This document shows, one piece after another, positions 53,310-63,835 of a DNA stretch of 64,000 nt. The stretch spans positions 2,080,001 to 2,144,000 of the forward strand of contig CAVRBU010000002.1 of the NCBI GenBank assembly GCA_963719315.1. Direction: 5' to 3'. The first letter of the stretch is position 1, and each line of letters opens with the position of its first letter. The notes under the pieces are model-generated. The model worked only from the letters and a program-made list of their open reading frames with translations, ran no database searches and was not told where the DNA came from. The translations under genes and the position numbers were made by a program. Origin of the DNA: an uncultured Planctomycetota bacterium. Lineage in GTDB: Bacteria > Planctomycetota > Planctomycetia > Pirellulales > Lacipirellulaceae.

Positions 53310-54452
53310 GTGACGAAAGTCAAACCGACATCTTCCGCACTCGAATTCGCCCCGCCGCCACGCGAGCGCGGCTTGCTGGGGACCGTCCTGAATAGCGCTT
53401 GGCCCATCGTCGCTGGTATCGCGATTGCCATTGCAATGCACGTCCTGTTGCCGAGCGCGATCGGGCGGTACTATACGAAAATAGTGACCGATTGCGGCAT
53501 CGCGATCATCCTCGCCGTTTCGCTCAACATCGTGAACGGTATGACGGGCCAGTTCTCGCTGGGACATGCCGCGTTTCTCGCCCTGGGGGGCTATTCGGCC
53601 GGCATGGTGACCTATTACGGCTCGATACTACTTTGGGGCACTCCCAGCCAGCACGGCGGATTCTTGGGCTCGGGCGAATGGCTATTTGTGGCCGGCTGCT
53701 TGATCGGCGGCGTTATCGCCACATTGGCGGGCTACGTTGTCGGTTTGCCTTCGCTCCGCCTGCGCGGCGACTATCTCGCAATTGTGACGCTCGGCTTCGG
53801 CGAAATTTTGCGCGTCATGCTGCAACAGACCAGTCCCGTGATCGACGATCCGGCCGCTGTCCGCGACGCCGGAATTTCGCAATTCTTTCCGCCGCCCGTG
53901 GGTGGCGCCGTTGGCTTCAATGGATTGCCGAAATACACCAACCTGTTTTGGGTCTATGCCTTCGCGACTTTGATGCTCGTGGTCGCTTTCCGCTTGAAGC
54001 GTTCGAGCCTCGGTCGGGCCATGATCTCCGTCCGCGAAGATGAGTTCGCCGCCCAGTCCATGGGCGTGAACGTGGCCCGCGTGAAAGTTTTGGCGTTCAT
54101 GATCGCGGCATTTTTTGCCGGCATGGCTGGCGGACTCTATGCTCACCAAATCGGCAACAGCATTCGGCCCCCGGATGCCGGCTTTCTGCGCTCGCTCGAC
54201 TACGTGCTCATGACCGTGCTCGGCGGCCGCGGCTCGATCACCGGCGTGATGTTCGCCGCGATTCTGCTCACCGTGCTGCCGGAACCGCTACGCGATTTCG
54301 ATCAATATCGATTGATCGTGTACGCCTTACTGCTGATTGGAATGATGCTCCTGCGGCCGCAGGGATTGTTCGGCATCCACGAAGTCTGGGACTTTTGGCC
54401 GAAGTGGTTGACGCCTCGCCGCAAATCGAACCCCGTGCAGGAGGGTCGATGA
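53310..54452 (+). CDS. livM: Branched-chain amino acid ABC permease
   Basis: GQFSLGHAAF, LRLRGDYLAIVTLGFGEI, VREDE, VLGGRGS. Confidence 0.88.
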   Translation: MTKVKPTSSALEFAPPPRERGLLGTVLNSAWPIVAGIAIAIAMHVLLPSAIGRYYTKIVTDCGIAIILAVSLNIVNGMTGQFSLGHAAFLALGGYSAGMVTYYGSILLWGTPSQHGGFLGSGEWLFVAGCLIGGVIATLAGYVVGLPSLRLRGDYLAIVTLGFGEILRVMLQQTSPVIDDPAAVRDAGISQFFPPPVGGAVGFNGLPKYTNLFWVYAFATLMLVVAFRLKRSSLGRAMISVREDEFAAQSMGVNVARVKVLAFMIAAFFAGMAGGLYAHQIGNSIRPPDAGFLRSLDYVLMTVLGGRGSITGVMFAAILLTVLPEPLRDFDQYRLIVYALLLIGMMLLRPQGLFGIHEVWDFWPKWLTPRRKSNPVQEGR

Positions 54453-55279
54453 GCAAGCCATCCAGCACGAAGCCGAAAACTTCCGAACCGAATCCAGCCT
54501 CATCCGATGCCTTGCTCGATATCGATGACATCGGCATTGCCTTCGGCGGATTGAAAGCCGTCGATCAGTTTTCGATTCGCTTGCCGCGCGGCGGGCTGTA
54601 CGGTCTGATCGGGCCGAACGGCGCCGGAAAAACCACCGTCTTCAATCTGCTCACCGGCGTCTATCAAACGTCGAGCGGCCGCATCGTGCTCGATTCGAAG
54701 AAGCTCGTCGGCCTCAAGCCGCATCAAGTAGCCGCGGCCGGTATCGCCCGCACCTTTCAAAACATCCGCCTGTTTCCCGGGCTGAACGTCCTCGATAACG
54801 TGCGGCTTGCCGGCCAACTCCGGGCCCGCGAAGGACTCGCCACCACGCTCCTCCGCACGCGGCGCTACGCCCGCGAAGAGGCCGAAATCCAACGCAAGGC
54901 ATTCGACTTGCTCGGCTTGTTCGGTCTGCAAAATCGAGCGTTCGAGCCCGCCGATTCTCTCAGCTACGGCCACCAGCGGCATTTGGAGATCGTCCGCGCC
55001 CTTGCGGCCGAGCCCAAAGTATTGCTCCTCGATGAACCGGCGGCCGGCCTCAACTCGCAAGAGAAAGTCGAGCTAGCCCGCTCGATTCGCCAGATTCGCA
55101 ATCGGTTCGGCGTCGCGATTTTGTTGATCGAGCACGATATGGGACTCGTGATGGATATTTGCGAGCAAATCACCGTCTTGGATCACGGCGAGATCATCGC
55201 CCACGGGTCTCCGCACGAAATTCAAAGCGATCCTACAGTTATCGCCGCCTATTTGGGCAGCGACGTGAGCACCGTTTAG
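54449..55279 (+). CDS. livG: Branched-chain amino acid ABC ATP-binding protein
   Basis: GPNGAGKTT, ARTFQNIRLF, LSYGHQR, LLDEPAAGLN, IEHDM. Confidence 0.9.
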   Translation: MSKPSSTKPKTSEPNPASSDALLDIDDIGIAFGGLKAVDQFSIRLPRGGLYGLIGPNGAGKTTVFNLLTGVYQTSSGRIVLDSKKLVGLKPHQVAAAGIARTFQNIRLFPGLNVLDNVRLAGQLRAREGLATTLLRTRRYAREEAEIQRKAFDLLGLFGLQNRAFEPADSLSYGHQRHLEIVRALAAEPKVLLLDEPAAGLNSQEKVELARSIRQIRNRFGVAILLIEHDMGLVMDICEQITVLDHGEIIAHGSPHEIQSDPTVIAAYLGSDVSTV

Positions 55280-55282
55280 CGT

Positions 55283-55996
55283 ATGTCGTTACTAGAGGTC
55301 GAAGGCCTGCGCGTGTTTTACGGGGCGATCGAAGCCCTCCGTGGTGTTTCCGTGCGCGTTGAGGAGGGCGAGGTCGTGACGCTCATCGGTGCGAATGGCG
55401 CCGGAAAAACAACGACCCTCCGCACGATTTCCGGGCTTTTGCCGTCGAAGGCGGGCAAGATCCATTTCAACGGCCAGAAAATCGAGCGCTGGCCGCCGCA
55501 CAGAATCGTGCAGAGCGGCCTAGTGCAAGTGCCCGAAGGACGCGAGATTTTTTCCAACCTGACGGTGGATGAAAACCTGCAGCTCGGCGCCTTCCTGCGC
55601 AAAGACAAAGCCGCGATACGCACCGATCGCGAACGTGCTCTGGAATTGTTCCCCCGCATTCGCGAACGCCTCACACAAATGGCCGGCACGCTCTCCGGCG
55701 GCGAACAACAGATGCTGGCGATTGCCCGCGCCCTCGTGGCGCGGCCAAAACTCTTGATGCTCGACGAACCGTCGCTCGGCCTCGCACCGCAACTCGTGCG
55801 GGTCATTTTTCAAGTAATTCGCGAGATTAACAAAGCGGGGACCACGATTTTGCTCGTCGAACAGAACGCCAACATGGCCCTGCAAGTGGCCCATCGAGCG
55901 TATGTGATCGAAGTCGGCCAAATCCGCCTGGAGGGTCCGGCAGCAGAACTCGCCGCCAGCGACGAAGTTCGAAAAGCCTACCTCGGTGCGCATTAG
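55283..55996 (+). CDS. livF: Branched-chain amino acid ABC ATP-binding protein
   Basis: GANGAGKTT, VPEGR, LSGGEQQMLA, LDEPSLGLAP, VEQNA. Confidence 0.92.
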   Translation: MSLLEVEGLRVFYGAIEALRGVSVRVEEGEVVTLIGANGAGKTTTLRTISGLLPSKAGKIHFNGQKIERWPPHRIVQSGLVQVPEGREIFSNLTVDENLQLGAFLRKDKAAIRTDRERALELFPRIRERLTQMAGTLSGGEQQMLAIARALVARPKLLMLDEPSLGLAPQLVRVIFQVIREINKAGTTILLVEQNANMALQVAHRAYVIEVGQIRLEGPAAELAASDEVRKAYLGAH

Positions 55997-56062
55997 TGCG
56001 CATAATGCATTCGTGCTGCTACTGGCGCGGATGTCGAGAAAACCAACGCGCAAGACAATAAC

Positions 56063-58133
56063 ATGCAACATGCGACTCGGCAACGATTGGCCTACCTGGT
56101 GTGCGGTGTCGTTTTCGTTTGCGCGGCCCGCGTACCCGCGGAAACGCCAGCCGTTTTGTTGGACGACAATTTTTCTAGCTATCGCCCGGGCTTGTTTTCC
56201 AGCGCGGAAGGCGCTCGCACCGAGTATCATTACCTGCGCAAAGTTGCGCCGCAAGGCAACTGGGTCGTCTCGACGTTTCGCCCGGACTCCGATTCGCAAC
56301 GGGCCTGGCGAGTGATCGCAGCCAATGGCGCGCCCGCCATGCGACAGGCCTCCACGAACAAGGAGTCGCACTACCATCCGATGCTACTCACCGGCGATCC
56401 CGCCTGGAGCGATTACACGGTCGAAGTCGAATTCACTCCCGCAAGCGCGACTGCCCGCAGCGGCATCGCCTTCCGATATCGAAACGATCGGTGTTACTAC
56501 TTCTTCGGAGTCGAGAAGGGGCGAGTCGTATTGCGCCTCGTCCGCGACGAGACGGCATTCCGCAAGCCCTATGAGAAAACGCTCGCCGAAGCGCGGTGCG
56601 ATTGGAAGCCGGGCGAACGCCTGACCGCCACCGTGTCGGTTGCCGGTCCGCGGCTGACCGCGTCTCTAAACGGCGGCAACTCGGTGCATGCGGCAATCAG
56701 CGCCGAAAACGACAGCTACGAAAGCGGCAAAGTCGCCCTACTGGCCGATATTCCCACCATCTACCACCGCGTCAAGATCACGACACTCGCCGATACGAAA
56801 GCGGCAATCGACGCGGCTATCGCCAAACGCGCGGCTGAGGAGTCCGCGCTCCTAGCCGCGAACCCGAAGCCGATTGTCTGGCGGAAGATCAAGACCGACG
56901 GCTTCGGCGTCGGCCGAAATCTGCGGTTCGGCGATCTGGATGGCGACGGCCAGATCGACATCCTCATCGGTCAGGTCAACAATCACGGCCCGAAGGATAG
57001 CAACAGCGAAGTCGGATGCCTGACCGCGATGACGCTCGGCGGCCGACAACTCTGGCAGAACGGCAAGCCCGACCCGTGGGCCGATAAACTCAGTAGCGAC
57101 GTCGCTTTCCAGATTCACGATCTCGACGGCGATGGCCGCAATGAGGTCGTGTACGTTCGAGATTTTCAGCTCACCGTTGCCGACGGCGCCACCGGTCGGA
57201 CGATTCGCCAGAACGTCGTCGCCCGAAACATCGCCCCGTACGCCGCCCCCCTTCAACCGATTCCCTCACATCCTGGGCGACTCGATTCACTTTTGCGATC
57301 TCCGCGGCACCGGCCGCGCCGCCGACATCATTCTCAAGGATCGTTACCGCAGCGTCTGGGCGCTCGACGACCAACTCAAGATACTCTGGCACCGCGAATG
57401 TACGACCGGCCACTACCCGTTCGCCGCCAACGTCGATGGCGACGGCCGCGACGAAGTTCAGGTCGGCTATACGCTGTTCGATGACGATGGCACGCCGCTG
57501 TGGACGCTCGACGGCCGCGTGAAGGACCATGCCGATGGCGTTGCGTGGGTCCGCTTCCACCCGGACGGTCCGCTCCGCCTGATCTGCGCCGCGAGCGACG
57601 AGGGCCTGTTTTTCACCGATACCGCCGGCAACATCCTCAAGCACCACCGCATCGGCCACGCACAAAACGTCGCTGTAGCCGACTTCCGCCCCGACCTGCC
57701 GGGGCTGGAAGCGGTCTCCATCAACTTCTGGGGCAACCAAGGCATCATCCACCTCTACGACGCGGAGGGCAACATCTACCACGATTTCGAGCCCGCCCAG
57801 CATGGTAGCATGTGCTTGCCCGTGAATTGGACCGGCCAGCCCGGTGAGTTCTTCGTTCTTTCCCCCGATGTTCGCGAAGGCGGACTGTTCGATGGCCTCG
57901 GCCGTCGCGTGGTTCGCTTTCCCGCCGACGGCCACCCCGACATGTGCTACTCCGTCCTCAACCTAACTGGCGACGCGCGCGACGAGATCGTCGTCTGGGA
58001 CCCCAACGAAATCTGGATCTATACCCAGGATGACAACCCGCGCACCGGCCGGCTCTACAAGCCGAACCGCAACCCGCTCTATAACGAATCCAACTATCGA
58101 GTAAACGTCTCGCTCCCCGGTTGGTCCGAATGA
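56063..58133 (+). CDS. Exported FG-GAP beta-propeller protein, rhamnogalacturonan lyase (PL11)-like, with N-terminal jelly-roll domain (frameshift near 57215)
   Basis: Repeated DLDGDGxxE/D motifs, TGHYP, HADG, GHAQNVAVADFRPDLPGLE, C-terminal NP.YN.SNY. Confidence 0.6.
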
Positions 58134-58198
58134 CAGGCAGACCAACCCATCGCTTGCGGCTTAAAGCAAAACCATGCGGGCATCGAACGTAACGTGCA

Positions 58199-59404
58199 AT
58201 GAAATGCGTTCGCACACACGGCAATCCAGAAGCCCCCATTCCTCCCTACCAGCAGGAATCGCTACTCATCGACGCCATTCCCGAAATGCGCGGCGACCGC
58301 CTGCTGTGCACCTCGGCTGGCCTGGCCCAATTCGCCGCCGCTGCCGCCCGAGCGCTGCCCAACACCACGGTTTCTTGCAACTACCTCGACCTCTACCGCG
58401 CCAACCTGGCGACGAACTACTGGCCCGATTCGCCGCCCAATTTGCGGATCGAGTGCGCCGCCGATCTCTCCGATGAGGAAGCCGACATAGTCGCCCTCCC
58501 ATTCTCGGCCCGCGGCGAAGCTGAACTAACGCGCAACGTCATTCAAACCGGACATCAACGCCTATGCATCGGCGGACGAATGTACGCCTCCACGGACAAC
58601 CGCAACGACACCTGGCTCCGCGACCAAATGACCCGCGTCTTTCGTAGGCTCGATCGCCGCCCCTCCGCGGCCGGCGTGCTGTACGAGGGAACCAAGACCG
58701 AGCCGCTGAAAAAGGAAAAGAACCTGGCGTGCGCATTCGCCTTCCGCGACCGCGGCCGATTGATTCGCGCCTACAGCCGCCCCGGAGTCTTCTCCCATCG
58801 GCATGTTGATGTGGGAGCGCGACGCTTGATCGACGAAATGCAGATCGACTCGGGCATGCGCGTCCTCGATATCGGTTGCGGCACGGGAGTAGTCGCCCTC
58901 GCTGCCGCCCTCCGCGCGGCCGATGTGACGGTCCACGCCGTCGACTCCAACGCCCGCGCCATCCAATGCACCCAACGCGGAGCCACTCTAAACGCCACTT
59001 CAGAACCCTCTCCCTCCGGGAGAGGGCAGGTCGCTCGGCACTCGCTGCGGCAAGGTGAGGGCAATTCAGAACCCTCTCCCCTTGGGAGAGGGCAGGGTGA
59101 GGGTGCCTTGAATACTGGTGCCTTGGACCTCACCACCGAACTAAACGCCACCGGCAACTACGCGGGTGCAGGAACCTACGACCTGGCCCTAGCCAACCCG
59201 CCCTACTACTCCGGCTTCCGCATCGCCCAACACTTCCTCACCGCCGCCCGAAACGCCCTGCGCCCCGGCGGCAAAATCCACGTCGTCACCAAACACCCGA
59301 ATTGGTACCAACAAAACATGCCCCAATGGTATGACGACGTGACGTTCGGCGAGCGCAAAGATTACTACCTGGTCAAAGGCGAGCGACCGGCGAGCGACGG
59401 TTAA
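58199..59404 (+). CDS. RsmC/RlmG-like (MTS) methyltransferase with in-frame REP insert
   Basis: SRPGVFSHRHVDVGAR, VLDIGCGTG, AVDSNARA, LANPPY; start uncertain. Confidence 0.82.
   Translation: MKCVRTHGNPEAPIPPYQQESLLIDAIPEMRGDRLLCTSAGLAQFAAAAARALPNTTVSCNYLDLYRANLATNYWPDSPPNLRIECAADLSDEEADIVALPFSARGEAELTRNVIQTGHQRLCIGGRMYASTDNRNDTWLRDQMTRVFRRLDRRPSAAGVLYEGTKTEPLKKEKNLACAFAFRDRGRLIRAYSRPGVFSHRHVDVGARRLIDEMQIDSGMRVLDIGCGTGVVALAAALRAADVTVHAVDSNARAIQCTQRGATLNATSEPSPSGRGQVARHSLRQGEGNSEPSPLGRGQGEGALNTGALDLTTELNATGNYAGAGTYDLALANPPYYSGFRIAQHFLTAARNALRPGGKIHVVTKHPNWYQQNMPQWYDDVTFGERKDYYLVKGERPASDG
58999..59104. repeat. Tandem CCCTCTCCC...GGGAGAGGG REP-like palindromes inside a CDS
   Basis: ttcagaaccctctccc at 58999 and 59065 (66-nt period). 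Confidence 0.85.
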
Positions 59405-59599
59405 GTCAGGGTAAAAGAGACATTTAAGGTGGATTAGCTGGGCCTGGCATCCGCAGCGCGTCGCGCCTGAGGACGTCGCTTGAAAGTCCTCGTTCAAATT
59501 GTCATGATTCTATTATGAATTACGAATTTCTATAGACCAGTCCGCGCATGATTTTGAGTTTCCAAATCGCGTTTGAAGTCACACGCAAAGTTTGATGTT

Positions 59600-60439
59600 A
59601 TGACCCAAGGTAGCAGCCACGACACGATTCCGCTGCAGATTATCGCCTTAATGCTTGATACCGCGGCCCACTTCGGTGGCGAGAGCGCCGTTGATCCTTG
59701 GCTGCATGACCCCGCTATGTTGCGTCAGGCATCGTTCGCCAAAAAACGCGTCGGGCTAGTTCCTCAAGAGTTCTTGTGGCGACAACTTATCGCCGAAGAA
59801 CCACAACTTGAATTGCGGAATACCAACGTTTTTCAGGACCACGTCGAGGAGCAGTTCGATTTACTACTTTGGGGGCCATTCTGGCACGAAATGGTCCAAT
59901 GGGGTCGACGCAGGCATCGTGTTGAAGCTTTTCTTCTTGACCGTGCCTTGGAGTTGCTTGCACCCGGAGGAACCGCAATTTGCCTCGTTCCGTCAAATGT
60001 ATTGACTGCCCCCCTTTTGAGGTCATCCCGCCAGCGAATCGTAAGGGAATTCTGCCTAGAGATGACCGTCGAGTTATCAAGGGACTGCTTTGCTGAAGCC
60101 CGCATTGAGGCATCTATGGTAGTGGTTCGAAAAGATGCGCCAAGCAAGTCAGTGTTCATGTCAAAGTATCGAGCGAACCATTCGTCCTTATTGACAGACT
60201 TTCAAAATCGGTCAGGCGATTTCAACGTATCGACTGAAGACGTCCATGATCGTTGGGACCGAAATTATCATGACCCGCATTCCCGCGCGGCGGTAGCTCA
60301 GCATTTGGTCGGGTTCCCTGTTAAGACAATTGGCGAATTGGGCGAGGTAATATCAGGGCGTATCCGACCACGGGAACTGCCTCGTGATGAGACTGGCCAC
60401 ATACTCATTACAGGAGCGACGCTTAACAGCTATCTATAG
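59600..60439 (+). pseudogene. Degenerate N-6 DNA methyltransferase-like domain running into a truncated HsdS-like segment
   Basis: FLLDRALELLAPGGTAICLVPSNVL, R..IV....LE..VEL....F, then KTIGELGEVISG; motifs I and IV altered; looks lower in GC. Confidence 0.55.
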
Positions 60440-60731
60440 ATTTTCAAGGAGCGAACGCCGTCGCAATGCGGCGTGATGAGACTATAGCATTTTCGTGGGG
60501 CCCGATCCACAATTATTTTTGGCCGCGCGGAGAAGACGTGCGGCGGTCGTTAGCGGTGTTTTTTGTGACCACGGATAGCGTGGATGGCACGGATCAGGTT
60601 GCGAGACGGAATCTTATCCGTGCGAGCGGTGTAATCCGAGGTTGACCAGGTGCTCGCATCTGACGAACGTTGGGGCGAACGCGGCCGGGCGTAGCCGTCG
60701 CCACCACGGCATGCGCCAGAATAAACGAACG

Positions 60732-60812
60732 GGATCAGGATTTGAATAAATCGTTCTGCCCCGATTTAATCTTGACCCTATTTAATCCGATTTAATCGAC
60801 CCGATTTAATCC
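60732..60812. repeat. Short direct repeats of (G)ATTTAATC x4 after a GGGATCAGGATTT element
   Basis: ccgatttaatc, ctatttaatc, cgatttaatc, ccgatttaatc. Confidence 0.7.
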
Positions 60813-60923
60813 CACTTCGCTACGACCGCGTGCAATAAATGGCGGTCGGCAAAGTCCCGTTCATAAACTTGCCAGGTGAGTTGTGGAATCGTCACCGTAC
60901 CGTGCTCGTGCGCGACGCATCCG

Positions 60924-62249
60924 CTACTGCTGCCGCATCTGCGTTGATAAGCCATATTCAAGGGGACCGAACTCATGCGTTGCCTCGGCGAAGAAGGCGA
61001 CGTGCCCGGATGCCGGCTTCGGCACGTGTGCGACGTACGCACCGTCGCTGTTCGCGGTAATGGGCGTCGCGTCCCAGTGAGCGGGCCGAAAGTCTTTGTC
61101 CTCGGAATGTGCCGTCCACAGCCGCACCGCCTTCGGCGCCGGCGTGGAATGGACGACAAGACGCATCTGGTCGCCATCGTCGTCGTGCTTCCAGGAGACA
61201 TTCGGCAAAGGCTCCTGCATGGCAACGTGCTGGGCAAAAACGGCGAGTGTCGTCAGCGCATTCTCCTTTCCACCGTCGAGACTGTGTCCCGCGTTCGGTA
61301 CATACAGTACATGCTTTTCTCCCGAGAGGTCGTCCCAATATAAGTTCATCGCGTCGATCACCCAGTAGCGGTCATTGGTCCCATTGATGAGTAGCTTCGG
61401 CAACGTCAATTGACTTCGATACGTATACGGATCGACCCACTGCCAAAGCGGAACATCAGGCTGCTTTTGCATGACTTCGACGAGGCCCTTTAGGGTGTAA
61501 TCGGCGATTTGCTCGCTGTAACGCCCCCACGTTTCTTTCTGGTGCTTCATTTGCGGGCGCATATTCAGCGTGTCGATCACAATCGGCGCGATGCCGGCGA
61601 CGCGGTCGTCCGCGACTGCGGTCAGCCAGGTTGTCCAGCCGCGCTTCGAGCCGCCAGTAACGACAAAGCGATTAATCCTTTGGTCATGTTTCTGGAGAGC
61701 GACTTCCTGCAATGCGTCCATCGCTCGGACCGCGCTCTTGACCATCGGAAAGAGCAACGGCCACGTGGCGTCCTTGGTCTCGAGATAGCGGAGAAACGTC
61801 TCGCTGATCAAGTCGTCTTCTTTGCGATCACCCAGCAGCGGCTGGTTCGGAACTTGGCTCAGAAACGCCACTGGCATTTGCGCGGCGTTGGCCAAACGCC
61901 GACCCATCGCCCGATCATCGTCGCCAAGTTTGCCGCCGGTGCTTCCGCCCATGATGAAGAGCAGAACCGTGTCCCTGTGTCGGATATTATTGGTGGGGAC
62001 GAACACGGTCAGCGCGTGCTTCCAGGTGATTCTCTGCCACACTTGCGACGTGAGGTCGATGTCGTACGTCAGAAAGTCATCAGTGCTGTCGTTCTTGAGC
62101 AACTTCCACGCAAATGAATCGTCTTTAGCGGCGACGTAATCCTGCAGGGCGGTGGGGACCCCGGCAGCGGCGGGCTTCTTCGCTTCCGCGACAGGGAGGT
62201 AACTGGCCAAAGCCAAGAACGCGATCAAATGGATGGCTAAGGTACGCAT
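60924..62249 (-). CDS. PhoPQ-activated pathogenicity-related (PqaA-family) exported alpha/beta hydrolase
   Basis: TSQVW, QVPNQP, EDDLI, PMVKSAVRAMD, GGSKRGWTTW, VDPY, GTNDRYW, VPNAGH. Confidence 0.88.
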   Translation of the reverse strand: MRTLAIHLIAFLALASYLPVAEAKKPAAAGVPTALQDYVAAKDDSFAWKLLKNDSTDDFLTYDIDLTSQVWQRITWKHALTVFVPTNNIRHRDTVLLFIMGGSTGGKLGDDDRAMGRRLANAAQMPVAFLSQVPNQPLLGDRKEDDLISETFLRYLETKDATWPLLFPMVKSAVRAMDALQEVALQKHDQRINRFVVTGGSKRGWTTWLTAVADDRVAGIAPIVIDTLNMRPQMKHQKETWGRYSEQIADYTLKGLVEVMQKQPDVPLWQWVDPYTYRSQLTLPKLLINGTNDRYWVIDAMNLYWDDLSGEKHVLYVPNAGHSLDGGKENALTTLAVFAQHVAMQEPLPNVSWKHDDDGDQMRLVVHSTPAPKAVRLWTAHSEDKDFRPAHWDATPITANSDGAYVAHVPKPASGHVAFFAEATHEFGPLEYGLSTQMRQQ

Positions 62250-62321
62250 GACGTTAAGCTCCAGGAAAAAACGGCGCTGATTTGCGGCAAAAACAGTTAA
62301 TTGAGTCTGTCAGCAGAGTAT

Positions 62322-62633
62322 CTATTTAGGGGGACTGGCACCGGTTGCTGCCCGTATTTTCTCGACCGCTTCTTTGGCTCGCTCGCGAACTTTCGGTTCC
62401 GGGTCGTCCTTGGCCAGTCGCTCAAGTTCGGGAAGTGCGTCGGCCGCTTTGGCGCCCATTTCACCGAGCTGAGCGGCTGCAAGTCCGCGAGCTCGCTGGT
62501 CCGATTGTTTTAGAGCATTGATTTTGGCCTGTGGATCGAGCCAGGGCGTTTTTGATGGATCGGTTTCCACGGGCGCGGATTTTCCGCACCCCAGACAACA
62601 AAGGGCGGCGAGCGCCCACGCAGCGACCGACAT
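62322..62633 (-). CDS. Small HEAT-repeat lipoprotein
   Basis: Lipobox CLGC; R..AAAQLGEMG...ADALPEL..L..DD....VR..A..A; start may be further upstream. Confidence 0.7.
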   Translation of the reverse strand: MSVAAWALAALCCLGCGKSAPVETDPSKTPWLDPQAKINALKQSDQRARGLAAAQLGEMGAKAADALPELERLAKDDPEPKVRERAKEAVEKIRAATGASPPK

Positions 62634-62761
62634 GCCAACGAACCGCTGCCAAAGGCAAGGTCTCCACAACGACCGTGGACAATACCGATGCAACAAAGAG
62701 CACGCCTTCCTGAAGACTGTTTGAGCGCTAGTTGAAGCCGGAGTAATTAGCGGGTTCAATA

Positions 62762-63835
62762 CTAATCGCTATTGATGTCGCCACCGGCAATGGTCGACCG
62801 GGCCCGATACGCCGTCATATCGATGGTTTCATTGAGGAACGTTACGGAGCCGTCGGCCATGACAAAGTTGCAGCCGCCGGGGTGGTCGCTGCGGTAATTG
62901 CTCACCGAGTGCTGGCCGCCCTCGTAGCTGGCGGCGCAATAGTGTGTCCCGCCCGTGGCGCTGAGAAACTTTCCGTAATCCGACGTGTACTGGCCCATGC
63001 TGAGGAATGTATCCGTGACCGGATTCTTGTTCATCCGTTCGATTGTACATGCGTACAAGCTCGACTTAGGCCCGAGCAGCGGAAGATATGATGTGCTGTT
63101 TGGCTCTCCGATTATCCAACCGATTGTGGCGATCGTCGGGACGCCACTGGGATCGGGCGCTATCGTGTTGCAATTCGACAAATGGCAAACCTGCCATTTG
63201 GGATCGCCACTCGCATCACCCACAGCGATGGTCTTGCTCGTCCCATCGGTGATTTGGCGAATCGAGGCTCCCCAGGCAACCATGAAGATTCCCTGCTGTT
63301 CTTTCTTCACGCGGCCCGCCTTCACCCCCAATCCATCTCGCTGCGCACAAAAGGCATCGGTGTAGCCCGTGCAGTATGCGTACTCGGTAATTCCATAGCG
63401 GTTGTTGGGTTTGGACCAATTCGGATCCATCAGTGGATCATAAAGAGGATTAGGGGCCCCAGAGGATGGGCACTTGAAAATCGAAATGGGCGTTTCGGCG
63501 ACTCCAGGCAACTGACTTTCCCACGGTTTATTGGGATTATAGATGCTGTGGAGCGATGATTCCTCAAAATACGGCAACAGGCTGGCGTTGGCATTGGTAT
63601 AGACCTGCGTGGGCGACAACAATACTGCTCCCATCGGAAAGGCTTTGTTGCTCGAGTGATAGTTTTGCAGCGCTATGCCAAACTGTTTCAGGTTGTTGAT
63701 GCACTGCGCTCGGCGTGCCGCCTCACGGGCTGCCTGAACTGCCGGCAGCAATAGCGCGACGAGGATGCCGATGATGGCGATCACGACCAAGAGCTCGACG
63801 AGCGTAAAGCCCTGCGGCGTATGGCGATTGACCAT
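62762..63835 (-). CDS. DUF1559 prepilin-type N-terminal cleavage/methylation protein
   Basis: [57 protein letters not shown] (H-X9-DG); alternative start 63868. Confidence 0.95.
   Translation of the reverse strand: MVNRHTPQGFTLVELLVVIAIIGILVALLLPAVQAAREAARRAQCINNLKQFGIALQNYHSSNKAFPMGAVLLSPTQVYTNANASLLPYFEESSLHSIYNPNKPWESQLPGVAETPISIFKCPSSGAPNPLYDPLMDPNWSKPNNRYGITEYAYCTGYTDAFCAQRDGLGVKAGRVKKEQQGIFMVAWGASIRQITDGTSKTIAVGDASGDPKWQVCHLSNCNTIAPDPSGVPTIATIGWIIGEPNSTSYLPLLGPKSSLYACTIERMNKNPVTDTFLSMGQYTSDYGKFLSATGGTHYCAASYEGGQHSVSNYRSDHPGGCNFVMADGSVTFLNETIDMTAYRARSTIAGGDINSD

Noticed and set aside
59405..60923. Defence island or prophage
   Set aside because: Only one truncated methyltransferase-like ORF; no restriction subunit, integrase, att site or phage gene is visible
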